Assembly (NCBI GenBank): GCA_035604115.1
Contig: DATNJC010000230.1
Span: 1,522 to 65,521 of the forward strand
DNA length: 64,000 nucleotides
Reading direction: 5' to 3'
Source: Bryobacteraceae bacterium
GTDB taxonomy: Bacteria > Acidobacteriota > Terriglobia > Bryobacterales > Bryobacteraceae
The translations under genes and the position numbers were made by a program. Within the stretch, counting starts at the first letter, position 1; each line of letters starts with the position of its first letter. The notes under the pieces were generated by a model. It ran no database searches and had not been told where the DNA came from. It saw nothing but the letters and a program-made list of their open reading frames with translations. Below, piece after piece: positions 7,556 through 17,029 of this stretch.

Positions 7556-9244
7556 ATGACCCAACTTCGCGGCATGGCGCTGCTTTCTTCGCCGGGGGAT
7601 AACAAGGGGACGGCGTTCACGCTGGAGGAACGGGACCGCCTGGGATTGAACGGGTTGCTGCCCCCGCATGTCGAGACGCTGGACGAGCAGGTCGACCGGG
7701 CTTACGAAGCTTACCAGCACAAGGACGACGACCTCGAGCGGCACATTTACTTGCGGCAGCTACAGGACACAAACGACGTCCTTTTCTATCGCCTGCTGCT
7801 GGACCACATTGAGGAGATGACGCCCATCGTCTATACTCCGGTGGTCGCGCAGGCGTGCCAGCAGTTCAGCCACATTTACCGGCGGCCTCGGGGGTTGTTC
7901 ATCTCGTACCCGCTGCGGGACCGCATTCCGGAGTTGTTGCGGAACCGGCCGCACGCCGAGGTGGACGTGATCGTGGTCACCGACGGGGAGCGGATTCTGG
8001 GGATCGGCGACCAAGGGGTCGGCGGGCTGGGGATTCCGATTGGGAAGCTGGCTCTGTACACGCTGATCGGAGGGATTCACCCGGCTCGCACGCTGCCCAT
8101 TGTGCTGGATGTGGGGACCAACAATCCGGAACGGCTGCGCGATCCGCATTATTTGGGCTGGCGGCATGAGCGGATCTGCGGGCAGGAATACCTGGACTTT
8201 ATCGATCTGTTTGTTCAAGCGGTGAGGCAGGAATTGCCGGCTACGTGCTTGCAGTGGGAGGATTTCTCGTCGCCGCATGCGCGCCCGATTCTGGATCGTT
8301 ACCGGGATCAGTTGCTCACCTTTAATGATGATATTCAGGGGACGGCGGCGGTGGTCATTGGAGCGCTGGTGGGCGCGGCTCAGGTGACCGGGACGCCGTT
8401 GCGGGAACAGCAGATCGTGTTCTTGGGCGCGGGGTCGGCGGCGATTGGCGTGGCGGATTACTTGAGATCGGCGATGGTGGCGGAGGGCTTGAGCGAGGCC
8501 GAGGCGCGGTCGCGATTTTGGATCGTGAACAGCGGCGGGCTGCTGCATACCGGGCGGGGCGGGCTGAATGCGGAACAATCGGTGTACGCCCAGCCGGTGG
8601 AGAGGATCGCGGGCTGGGCGCGGTCGCCCGCCGGGAAATCAAGTTTGCCTGCCGGGAAATCAAGTGTGGAAGATGACGGGCCGGGTCTGGCCGACGTCAT
8701 CCAGTCCATCGAGGCCACGGTTTTGATCGGGCTCTCGACCGCCGGCGGGGCGTTCACCGAACCGATCGTGCGGGAGATGGCGCGGAAGGTCGCGCGGCCG
8801 ATCATTTTTCCGTTGTCCAACCCCACGGCGCGGTCGGAGGCTACCGCGGGGGACTTGGTTCGCTGGACCGCGGGACAGGCGCTGATCGCCACGGGTTCGC
8901 CGTTCGGGCCGGTGGAGTGCGACGGGCGCAGCATCCCCATCGGGCAGTGCAACAACGTGTACATCTTTCCGGCGGTGGGGTTGGGAGTGGTGGCGGCGCG
9001 GGCGCGGCGGGTGACCGATTCGATGATGCTGGCGGCGGCTCGGGCGCTGGGACGGAATTCGCCGGCGCTCAAAGATCCGCGGGCTCCGTTGCTGCCGGCG
9101 TTGCAGGATATCCGGGCGATCGCGCGGGACATTGCCCTCGCGGTGGGGACGGAGGCTCAGCGGGCGGGGGAGGCTCCGGTGATGGGGGAGGATGAGTTGC
9201 GGGAGCGGGTGCGGGCTTGCCAGTGGGTTCCGGAGTACGCGTAG
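7556..9244 (+). CDS. maeA: NAD(P)-dependent malic enzyme
   Basis: 562 aa. N-terminal 'GDNKGTAFTLEERDRLGLNGLLPP', 'IVVTDGERILGIGDQG' and 'GAGSAAIGVA' are typical of malic enzymes. Confidence 0.92.
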   Translation: MTQLRGMALLSSPGDNKGTAFTLEERDRLGLNGLLPPHVETLDEQVDRAYEAYQHKDDDLERHIYLRQLQDTNDVLFYRLLLDHIEEMTPIVYTPVVAQACQQFSHIYRRPRGLFISYPLRDRIPELLRNRPHAEVDVIVVTDGERILGIGDQGVGGLGIPIGKLALYTLIGGIHPARTLPIVLDVGTNNPERLRDPHYLGWRHERICGQEYLDFIDLFVQAVRQELPATCLQWEDFSSPHARPILDRYRDQLLTFNDDIQGTAAVVIGALVGAAQVTGTPLREQQIVFLGAGSAAIGVADYLRSAMVAEGLSEAEARSRFWIVNSGGLLHTGRGGLNAEQSVYAQPVERIAGWARSPAGKSSLPAGKSSVEDDGPGLADVIQSIEATVLIGLSTAGGAFTEPIVREMARKVARPIIFPLSNPTARSEATAGDLVRWTAGQALIATGSPFGPVECDGRSIPIGQCNNVYIFPAVGLGVVAARARRVTDSMMLAAARALGRNSPALKDPRAPLLPALQDIRAIARDIALAVGTEAQRAGEAPVMGEDELRERVRACQWVPEYA

Positions 9245-9281
9245 AGTTTGTTTCTGGGATACTCGTTTTGACGTGTCTATC

Positions 9282-11246
9282 ATGGGAAAATCCGGCCGTT
9301 CGGTTCTTTGCGCCGTCGCTGTTCTGGCGGCGAGCGCCAGTCTGCTTTCCACGGCGCGAGGCCAGTTTGTCCAGCAAGGCGGCAAACTGGTTGGCACAGG
9401 CACCGTCGGAAACTCCTTGCAAGGCTTCGCTGTGGCGGTATCAGCGGATGGAAGCACGGCCATCGTGGGAGGCCCGATTGACAATGGATTCATCGGAGCG
9501 GCGTGGGTGTACACGCGCTCGGGCGGAGTGTGGACCCAGCAAGGCGGCAAACTGGTTGGCACGGGTGCTACCGGGGAGTCCTGGCAAGGCAGTTCCGTCG
9601 CGTTGTCCGCAGATGGGAATACGGCGATGGTCGGCGGGTATGCGGATGGCGGCGAAGCCGGAGCGGCGTGGGTGTACACGCGCTCGGGCAGCGTATGGAA
9701 GCAGCAGGGTGACAAACTGGTCGGCACACTGGCGGCCGGGCCCGCGGAACAAGGAATGTCCGTGGCGCTGTCCGCGGATGGGAATACGGCCATCGTCGGC
9801 GGGCTTACGGACAACACGTTTATAGGTGCGGCGTGGATCTTCACTCGATCTGGCGGCGTGTGGAGTCAGCAAGGCGCCAAATTGGTCGGAACGGGTGTTT
9901 CCGGAAGCGTGACATTTCAAGGCGACGCTGTGGGTCTTTCGGCGGACGGGAATACGGCGATCGTGGGCGGCTCCGGCGCGGAGGGCGGCTTTGGCGGCGC
10001 GGCGTGGGTGTACACGCGCTCGAACGGAGCATGGAGCCAGCAAGGCGGCAAACTGGCCGGCATGGGAGCGGTAGGGCTGGCATCTCAGGGCGGGTCTGTG
10101 GCGCTGTCGGGCGACGGCAATACGGCCATTGTGGGCGGAGCTTCCGACAACGCCTTTGCCGGCGCGGCTTGGGTGTTCACGCGGTTGGGCGGCGTCTGGA
10201 GCCAACAAGGCCCCAAAATAACCGGCACAGGCGCGGTCGGGGGGGCCAATCAAGGTATCTGTGTGACGCTATCCGTGGACGGGAATACCGCCGTCGTCGG
10301 CGGGGATTGGGACAACGGCAACGTCGGAGCTGTTTGGGTGCACCAACGTTCCGGAGGGGTCTGGAATCAGCAGGACGCCAAACTGGTTGGATCGGGTTCT
10401 GCCGGGCGCTCCCTTCAGGGACGGTCCGTGGCGTTATCTGCGGACGGCAGTACTGTCATCGCCGGCGGTCAGGGCGATAACAACCAAGCTGGGGCGGCAT
10501 GGGTGTTTGTGGCGGCAACTGGACCCGCCATTTCTTCCGCTGGTGTGGTAAACGGCGCAAGCTTCCTACCAGGGATCGCACCGGGGACTTGGATCACGAT
10601 CATGGGGACGAACCTGTCCGCCACCACGCGAAGCTGGGCCGATTCGGATTTTTCGGGTAACAATTTGCCGACCCAGTTGGATGGCGTCGGCGTCGCAGTC
10701 AATGGCAAATCGGCCTACGTTTCTTACGTTAGCCCAACGCAGTTGAACGCTCTGGCACCGGACGACACGGCGCCTGGTGATTCAATCGCAGTTCAGGTGA
10801 CGACGCCGCAGGGAAAAACCAACGTCGTAAACGCGGTCGAATCCGCGCTCGATCCGGGGCTGTTCACCTTCGGTCAAGACGGGGGCAGATATGTTGCTGC
10901 GGTTCGTGCGGATGGCGTCTATATTGGATCGCCCAATCTCATCCCCGGCGTGACTACGGTGCCCGCCCAGCCTGGCGACACGATCCTTTTGTTCGGGACC
11001 GGGTTCGGTCCCACTACACCCGCAAACACGATTGGCCAGTTGGTGAATCCAGCACCCCTGGCGAATCCGGTGACGGTGAATGTCGGGGGCGTCGCGGCGA
11101 GCACGCAGTTTGCCGGGATCACCGGACCGGGACTGTACCAGTTCAATGTGATCGTTCCGAATGTCCCGAACGGCGACAACCCAGTGACTGTTGAGATCGG
11201 GGGCGGCTCTTCGCAGGCTAACGTGTTTCTGTTCGTTCAACGTTGA
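9282..11246 (+). CDS. Secreted seven-repeat beta-propeller-like protein with a Solibacter-type C-terminal Ig-like domain
   Basis: Signal peptide 'MGKSGRSVLCAVAVLAASASLLSTARGQ'. Seven ~55-aa repeats of the form 'QQGGKLVGTG...SVALSADGNTAIVGG...GAAWVYTRSGGVW'. The C-terminal ~250 aa resembles the TIGR03437 domain. Confidence 0.8.
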   Translation: MGKSGRSVLCAVAVLAASASLLSTARGQFVQQGGKLVGTGTVGNSLQGFAVAVSADGSTAIVGGPIDNGFIGAAWVYTRSGGVWTQQGGKLVGTGATGESWQGSSVALSADGNTAMVGGYADGGEAGAAWVYTRSGSVWKQQGDKLVGTLAAGPAEQGMSVALSADGNTAIVGGLTDNTFIGAAWIFTRSGGVWSQQGAKLVGTGVSGSVTFQGDAVGLSADGNTAIVGGSGAEGGFGGAAWVYTRSNGAWSQQGGKLAGMGAVGLASQGGSVALSGDGNTAIVGGASDNAFAGAAWVFTRLGGVWSQQGPKITGTGAVGGANQGICVTLSVDGNTAVVGGDWDNGNVGAVWVHQRSGGVWNQQDAKLVGSGSAGRSLQGRSVALSADGSTVIAGGQGDNNQAGAAWVFVAATGPAISSAGVVNGASFLPGIAPGTWITIMGTNLSATTRSWADSDFSGNNLPTQLDGVGVAVNGKSAYVSYVSPTQLNALAPDDTAPGDSIAVQVTTPQGKTNVVNAVESALDPGLFTFGQDGGRYVAAVRADGVYIGSPNLIPGVTTVPAQPGDTILLFGTGFGPTTPANTIGQLVNPAPLANPVTVNVGGVAASTQFAGITGPGLYQFNVIVPNVPNGDNPVTVEIGGGSSQANVFLFVQR

Positions 11247-11273
11247 TGGGGGCTGCGTCGCTCGCGTTTCAGG

Positions 11274-11525
11274 ATGGTCGCCGCCCGCCGAAATTGTTAT
11301 TCTGAGGTCGTGGAAAATAACAAGACGGAAATTCCGGCAGCGGACTCCGAATTCGAGGGGCGTCGGTCGTTCGAGCAACTGGCGGCTCAACAAGCCGTGA
11401 CGCCCGTCGAGGACTTCAAGTCCTTGCTCGGCAGACCATACCTTGGCGACGAGTCCGCCGATGAATTCCTGGAGTTGCTGCGCGAGTGGCGTCTCGAAGG
11501 AATCCGTCCGGACCTGCCTCGGTGA
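11274..11525 (+). CDS. Putative antitoxin partnered with the downstream PIN gene
   Basis: 83-aa ORF whose TGA overlaps the GTG of the PIN frame (GTGA). Acidic C-terminus 'ESADEFLELLREWR'. No specific family recognised. Confidence 0.45.
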   Translation: MVAARRNCYSEVVENNKTEIPAADSEFEGRRSFEQLAAQQAVTPVEDFKSLLGRPYLGDESADEFLELLREWRLEGIRPDLPR

Positions 11526-11914
11526 ATGCCGCCATTGTCGACACCGATGTGGTGTCGATGCTCTAAAAAGGGGGCTCGCGGGCACTCGCATACCAGCCTC
11601 ACATGAGTGGGCGGTTGCTGGGAATCTCCTTTATGACCCTGGCGGAACTGGAGCGATGGGCGCTCGAACGGATGTGGGGCCCGGGGAGAAAACAAGAACT
11701 CGCTCAACACTTGACGCATTACACCGTTCTGGCCGCGAGCCGGGAACTGTGCTCCAGTTGGGCTGAGGTTTGTTTTGCCGCGAAGAAGAAGGGACGCCCG
11801 ATTCAGACCGCCGACGCCTGGATTGCGGCCAGTGCGCTGTACTATGGGGTTCCCCTGATCACGAACAATCAGAGGGACTACTCGATGGTGGACGGCCTGG
11901 TTCTAATGTCGTAG
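11522..11914 (+). pseudogene. vapC: VapC-like PIN-domain toxin interrupted by an in-frame TAA
   Basis: GTG 11522 reads 'VNAAIVDTDVVSML' then TAA at 11564-11566. The same frame continues as ORF 11603-11914 ('ISFMTLAELERWA...TADAWIAASALYYGVPLITNNQRDY'). Confidence 0.7.
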
Positions 11915-11928
11915 CTGCGCGGTGTTGT

Positions 11929-12153
11929 CTACGTCAGGAACTCCTTGAAAGCTTGGGTGGCCCGCTTGACTGTACCGGAGCCGTCCAGGGTGTTCTCCAG
12001 TTCCTGCGCGGGAAGCTGAAACGGGCCGATTTGGATGTTGTGGACTCGATCGAACGGGGTGACGCCCGCGCCTCGGACAGCGACAAAGTAGCGATTGGGA
12101 TCGAATTCGCTCCGTCACAGAATCAGAACTACGGCTTCACTGGGCTCTAGCAT
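11929..12153 (-). other. Coding-like frame with an in-frame TGA (possible small pseudogene)
   Basis: Minus frame reads 'MLEPSEAVVLIL*RSEFDPNRYFVAVRGAGVTPFDRVHNIQIGPFQLPAQELENTLDGSGTVKRATQAFKEFLT*'. GC3 is high. No family recognised. Confidence 0.25.
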
Positions 12154-12190
12154 AGTTGCGATCTCCCGTTCGATTAGCTTACGTGCGATT

Positions 12191-14824
12191 CTACCCGCGA
12201 GAGACCTGCTCTCCTATCTGGCGATGGTCGTGCTGGTCCGCGCGCGAGTTCTCCTGAATGCCAGCCAGCGCCTGGTAGCTTGAGTAGGCGCTCCTTGCGA
12301 TCGACGCCCACGAGAACCGGGCTTCCGCCGTTCGCCGGGCTCGCGCGCCTATGCTGGACCGGAGGGGCGCGTTCAGGAGAGTTTCACACACCGCCGCCGC
12401 GAAACCGTCCCAGTTTTCGCGGACGACGGGGCGGATGAAAGCGTCTTCGCCGTCGTTGAGAGCGAGGCCGGCGCACCCGACCGGCGTGCTCACTACCGTT
12501 TTGCCGCAGGCCATCGCTTCGAGCACCTTGATGTTGGTGCCCGCGGACACTTCCAGCGGCACTACTACCACGGTCGCGCGCGCGTACAGAGGGCGCAGAT
12601 CTTCCACGTAGCCTTGGATCTCGATCCTCGGATCGGAGTCCATGCGCTCGCCTTGCTTGGCCAACGTGTTCCAGAAATATTCGTGACGCGGGCCGGCCAC
12701 TACGCGCAGGCGCGCGTTCGGGATCCGCGGCCAGACGCGCGGCATCACCTCCCGGCACAGCTTCTGAAATCCCAGAATGTTCGGCAGGTGACGGAAGGAG
12801 CCTACGTAGAACACTTCGGGGGGCGCTTCCGGGAACGCTTCCGGAGCGGGCACGAACCGCCGCACGTCCACGCCGTTCGGAACTACGAACGTCCGCTGCG
12901 GATGGCTGCCTCCTTGAATCGCGCCGGTACGGTCCTCCGCGGACATGGTCCACACCGCGTCAAAGGACGCCAGCCAGTGGCGCTCAAAGTCCAGCCAGCG
13001 GTGGTACTCGTCCCACGCCGCATCGGACGGATTCGTTTGCGCCAGTTGGCCATACAGTTTGAAGGTGAGGTCGTGCTCGACCAGCAGCGCGGGCACGTGC
13101 GGCGCGCACTCGCGATAGCCGGCCATATGCGTGAATTCGATTTGCAGCAGGTCCGGTTGCAGACGCCGGCACACGTCCGCGATCAGCGCTCGCAGGCTTG
13201 CCGATTGGGCTGCGCGCACTTGCCGGGGAAGCCACTCGTCGCTCGATTCACGCTCGTCGAGGTCCACTGTGTACACATGGCGGAAGACCTGGTGCAGCTT
13301 TTCGTAGTGCACCTGGTCGTGGGCTTCGCGGACGGCGATCAATATGAAGTCAACCCGGTCGGCCAGCTCCCGACAGAGATTGAAAATGCGCACAGCGCCG
13401 CCGTGCGCCAGCGGATACGGCAGAAACGGCGAGACCACCACCACCTTCAGGCGGCCCGGCCGCAGGGGCAATTGCAGTGACGGCGCGAACGAGATCGTGC
13501 CGCGGGACAAATCCGGCTCGCGGGGGGCGAGCTGGCGCAACTTGCGATCCGCGAGAAAGTGCAAGAAAAACTCGGTTTCCTGTTCCGGGAAATCCGGTTG
13601 CCAGCCGGGCTGCTCCGGCCCCGGCTCGCTGTAGCAGCGCCATCCCGCCGCGGCGGCTTTCCAGAAGATCAGCATCCATGCGGTATACGTCAGCTTGGTT
13701 TGCGGGACGCCTAGCGCGGCGAGCTTGGACCGGTCCACCCAAATGGTTTGGGACAGCGGCGCCAGCACCTGGCTCGCGGTGCCGGGCTGCAGGTGGCGGA
13801 AGGGCGCCATGGGGAACAATGCCGGTTTCCAACCTCGGGCCTCCGATTGCCTGGCCACGGCGAAGGTGCGCGGATCGGCGAATAGCGGCGACACCGCGTC
13901 GATTGCAGGCTGGTCGCTGGCCTCGGCGTCCTGCTGCCAACAGATCCAGCGGGCCTGGCTCGATTGCACGAAGCCGGCGAAGCCGCGCGCGTCCCAGACA
14001 TGCCCCTTCTGTACGAAGCGTTCCACGCGGCAGCCTGAGGCGCGCACGAGCGCATCGAGAGATTCATTCCCGTGCAACCGATTGAACCAGGCGCGATGCG
14101 GATAGGAGAGCCATCTCAGGAAGGTCGCGAGCGTGAAGACGGAAACGCCGGATGCGACGTCCCACACGCGCCGGACGGGACTCGAACGCCAGACGTGGTA
14201 GGACACCAGCCGCCAGACGCCGTAACCGACCTCCTGGGTGCGCCGGACCGGGCCGGAACGCCAGATATGATACGACACCAGCAGCCAGTAGGCGGCCGCC
14301 AAGTCCTGCGTGCGCCGGACCGGATTCGAGTGACAACAGCCAATGCTGAGCTCTTTAATCCGGATCCAACCGGAGAGCGCCGCGCCGAGCAAGAAGCGGT
14401 GCGAATGCAGCAAGACCAGCGCCGGCTTGCCCGGAAAGAACCCGCCCCAACTATTGAGGAGCAGTACGCGGAACGGCTGTATGAAGAAAGGCGCCAGCTT
14501 CAGCAGCCAGCGGCCGTGCTCGGCGGTCCAAGTGCCAACTGCGATGGCGACCCAATAGGGCCATAGGCGGATCTGCGCCTGCAAGAACAGAGACAACGAG
14601 CCGCGGTTCACATACACGCGTTCGCAGAGTGCCGCGGTTTCCGGAAGCGGCGGCGCGGTCGAGAAGAGCCACACCGGGACCTCCGGTGCCCCTGCCTTGA
14701 GGTGAACTACCGCCTCATGACAAGGCCCCGGCGAGATCCCGAAGACCGCTGCAACCTTCTTTTCACCCTTGCCCAGTAACGCCAGGACTGACTTGAGTCC
14801 AACTTTCACCCACACTTTTTCCAC
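12191..14824 (-). CDS. Large glycosyltransferase: uncharacterised N-terminal region plus C-terminal GT-B family 1/4 domain
   Basis: 877 aa. C-terminal half has 'LKVVVVSPFLPYPLAHGGAVRIF' and 'EVSAGTNIKVLEAMACGKTVVST', typical of GT1/GT4. Internal 24-aa tandem repeats. Confidence 0.8.
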   Translation of the reverse strand: MEKVWVKVGLKSVLALLGKGEKKVAAVFGISPGPCHEAVVHLKAGAPEVPVWLFSTAPPLPETAALCERVYVNRGSLSLFLQAQIRLWPYWVAIAVGTWTAEHGRWLLKLAPFFIQPFRVLLLNSWGGFFPGKPALVLLHSHRFLLGAALSGWIRIKELSIGCCHSNPVRRTQDLAAAYWLLVSYHIWRSGPVRRTQEVGYGVWRLVSYHVWRSSPVRRVWDVASGVSVFTLATFLRWLSYPHRAWFNRLHGNESLDALVRASGCRVERFVQKGHVWDARGFAGFVQSSQARWICWQQDAEASDQPAIDAVSPLFADPRTFAVARQSEARGWKPALFPMAPFRHLQPGTASQVLAPLSQTIWVDRSKLAALGVPQTKLTYTAWMLIFWKAAAAGWRCYSEPGPEQPGWQPDFPEQETEFFLHFLADRKLRQLAPREPDLSRGTISFAPSLQLPLRPGRLKVVVVSPFLPYPLAHGGAVRIFNLCRELADRVDFILIAVREAHDQVHYEKLHQVFRHVYTVDLDERESSDEWLPRQVRAAQSASLRALIADVCRRLQPDLLQIEFTHMAGYRECAPHVPALLVEHDLTFKLYGQLAQTNPSDAAWDEYHRWLDFERHWLASFDAVWTMSAEDRTGAIQGGSHPQRTFVVPNGVDVRRFVPAPEAFPEAPPEVFYVGSFRHLPNILGFQKLCREVMPRVWPRIPNARLRVVAGPRHEYFWNTLAKQGERMDSDPRIEIQGYVEDLRPLYARATVVVVPLEVSAGTNIKVLEAMACGKTVVSTPVGCAGLALNDGEDAFIRPVVRENWDGFAAAVCETLLNAPLRSSIGARARRTAEARFSWASIARSAYSSYQALAGIQENSRADQHDHRQIGEQVSRG

Positions 14825-14994
14825 CCCCGTCTACATGGCGGAAGACTTCTTCGGGAGCATCACCCTAGCTCCCGGTCTCAGCATTCTAGACTAAAACGCG
14901 AACTTTGAGTAGAGGAATTTTTACGGGGGGACTTTTGCGGGACTGGCCGAGTGCCGGCCAGTGTGGTACGATCTTCGACGATTGGGAGGAAACC

Positions 14995-17028
14995 GTGCGT
15001 TCGACCATCATTTTCACAATTGCAGCGGGGCTGGGTCTGACATCGACTTTGCCGCTGCCGGCGCAGACGGGGGCCAAGAACGGGGAGTGGCGGAGCTATG
15101 GCGCCGACACTGGGAATACTCACTACTCGCCGCTCGATCAGATCAACGCGGGGAATTTTAACCGGCTCCAAGTGGCCTGGCGGTTTCGCACCGAGAGCCT
15201 GGGGCCGCGGCCGGAGTACAACTTGGAGGGGACTCCGCTGATGGCCAACGGCGTCGTGTATGCGACCGCCGGAACGCGCCGCGACGTGGTGGCGCTCGAC
15301 GCGGCTACTGGCGAATTGCTGTGGGTCCACGGCGAACGCGAAGGCGCGCGGGGGACTAATGCTCCGCGGCAGCTGTCGGGGCGCGGGCTCGCTTACTGGA
15401 CCGACGGGCGGGCGGAGCGCGTGTTGTATGTCACGCCGGGGTATCGCCTGATTGCTCTGGATGCGAAGACGGGCGCGCCGGTGCCTGGGTTCGGCACGGG
15501 CGGCGTTGTGGATTTGAAGATGGACGACGATCAGGAGATCGATCCGGTGACGGGCGAGGTGGGGTTGCACTCGGCGCCGGTGGTGGCCGGAGATACCGTG
15601 ATCGTGGGTGCGGCGCACCGCTCGGGCGGAGTGCCGCGGAGCAAGAGCAACGTCAAGGGATTTGTGCGCGGGTTCGATGTGCGGACAGGGAAGCGGTTGT
15701 GGATCTTCCATACCATTCCGCGTTCGAATGAGTTCGGCTATGACACTTGGCTGAAGGATTCGGCTTCTTACACCGGCAACACGGGCGTTTGGGGGCAGAT
15801 CAGCGTCGATGAGCAATTGGGCATGGCGTATCTGCCGGTGGAACTGCCCACTGGCGATTACTACGGCGGGCATCGGCCGGGCAACGGGTTGTTCGGTGAA
15901 TCGCTGGTGGCTGTGGATTTGAAGACTGGCGTGCGCAAGTGGCATTTCCAGTTAGTGCATCACGGGATCTGGGATATGGATATTCCGGACGCGCCGATTC
16001 TGTGCGACATCACGGTCAATGGGCGCGCGGTGAAGGCGGTGGCTCAGCCTACTAAGCAGGCCTTCCTTTATGTATTCAACCGCGAGACGGGGCAGCCTAT
16101 CTGGCCCATCGAGGAGAAGCCGGTGGAGAAGGGCGAGGTTCCGGGTGAAGCGTATTCGCCGACGCAGCCATTTCCCAGCAAGCCTCCGGCTTACGACCGG
16201 CAGGGTTTGTTGATCGAAGACTTGATCGATTTCACGCCGGCGCTGCGGGCGGCGGCGGTGGAGCTGGTGTCGAAGTACAAAATTGGTCCGGTCTTCACGC
16301 CGCCGGTGCTGAGCAAGATCGATGGTCCGCTGGCGACGCTGGCCATGGCGACAGCGGGCGGCGGGACCAATTGGGCGGGCGGCGCGTTCGATCCCGAGAC
16401 GCACATCGCTTATGTACCGTCGCAGAAATCGCTCAGCCAGTTGGGGCTGGTGGCGACCGATCCCAGCAAGACCGACTTCGCGTACGTGCAGGGGACGGCG
16501 CGGGAAGGAGCGCGGAGATCGGGCGGGGCGGGGGCGGATGCGGGGGCTGACACTGCTGTGGCCGCTCCGGCTCCGGCCGCTGCCGAGGGCGGAGGCGGGG
16601 GACTTTCCGTGCAGGGCTTGCCCCTGATGAAGCCGCCTTACGGACAAATCACGGCTATTAATCTGGATAAAGGTGAAATTCAGTGGCAAATCGCGCATGG
16701 TGAGACGCCCGATAACGTCAAAAACAATGCGGCGCTGAAGGGTTTGAATATTCCGCGCACGGGACGGCCGGGTGTCATTGGGGCGCTGGTGACCAAGACG
16801 CTGGTGGTCGCGGGGGAGAGCGGGTTCGTCACAACTACGCAGGGGCGGGGCGCGTATCTGCGGGCTTACGACAAGGCTACTGGGAAAGACGCGGGCGCGG
16901 TGTACATGTCGGCGGGACAGACTGGCACTCCGATGACGTATTCGGTGAACGGGCGGCAGTACATTGTGGTGGCGATCGGCGGGCAGGGGTATCCGGCGGA
17001 GTACGTCGCGTACCGGTTGGCGAATTGA
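14995..17028 (+). CDS. PQQ-dependent (quinoprotein) dehydrogenase, secreted
   Basis: 'GNTHYSPLDQINAGNFNRLQVAWRF' and 'WHFQLVHHGIWDMD' are PQQ propeller signatures. GTG at 14995 precedes a signal peptide; the ORF track start is 14905. Confidence 0.88.
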   Translation: MRSTIIFTIAAGLGLTSTLPLPAQTGAKNGEWRSYGADTGNTHYSPLDQINAGNFNRLQVAWRFRTESLGPRPEYNLEGTPLMANGVVYATAGTRRDVVALDAATGELLWVHGEREGARGTNAPRQLSGRGLAYWTDGRAERVLYVTPGYRLIALDAKTGAPVPGFGTGGVVDLKMDDDQEIDPVTGEVGLHSAPVVAGDTVIVGAAHRSGGVPRSKSNVKGFVRGFDVRTGKRLWIFHTIPRSNEFGYDTWLKDSASYTGNTGVWGQISVDEQLGMAYLPVELPTGDYYGGHRPGNGLFGESLVAVDLKTGVRKWHFQLVHHGIWDMDIPDAPILCDITVNGRAVKAVAQPTKQAFLYVFNRETGQPIWPIEEKPVEKGEVPGEAYSPTQPFPSKPPAYDRQGLLIEDLIDFTPALRAAAVELVSKYKIGPVFTPPVLSKIDGPLATLAMATAGGGTNWAGGAFDPETHIAYVPSQKSLSQLGLVATDPSKTDFAYVQGTAREGARRSGGAGADAGADTAVAAPAPAAAEGGGGGLSVQGLPLMKPPYGQITAINLDKGEIQWQIAHGETPDNVKNNAALKGLNIPRTGRPGVIGALVTKTLVVAGESGFVTTTQGRGAYLRAYDKATGKDAGAVYMSAGQTGTPMTYSVNGRQYIVVAIGGQGYPAEYVAYRLAN

Positions 17029-17029
17029 T

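Noticed and set aside
8660-9844. 394-aa minus-strand ORF spanning the end of the malic enzyme gene and the start of the propeller gene
   Set aside because: It is antisense to two well-supported genes. Its composition is Pro/Arg/Ser/Ala-rich and low-complexity, as expected for a shadow ORF in high-GC DNA.
9363-10515. Regular ~165-bp periodicity that could look like a repeat array or CRISPR
   Set aside because: The repeats are contiguous without spacers. They are in frame and translate to a conserved propeller blade motif inside one long ORF.
16500-16600. Ala/Gly-rich low-complexity insert ('GGAGADAGADTAVAAPAPAAAEGGGGG') in the PQQ dehydrogenase
   Set aside because: It is probably a surface loop expansion in a high-GC genome. 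It is in frame and has no repeat unit or other signal worth following.
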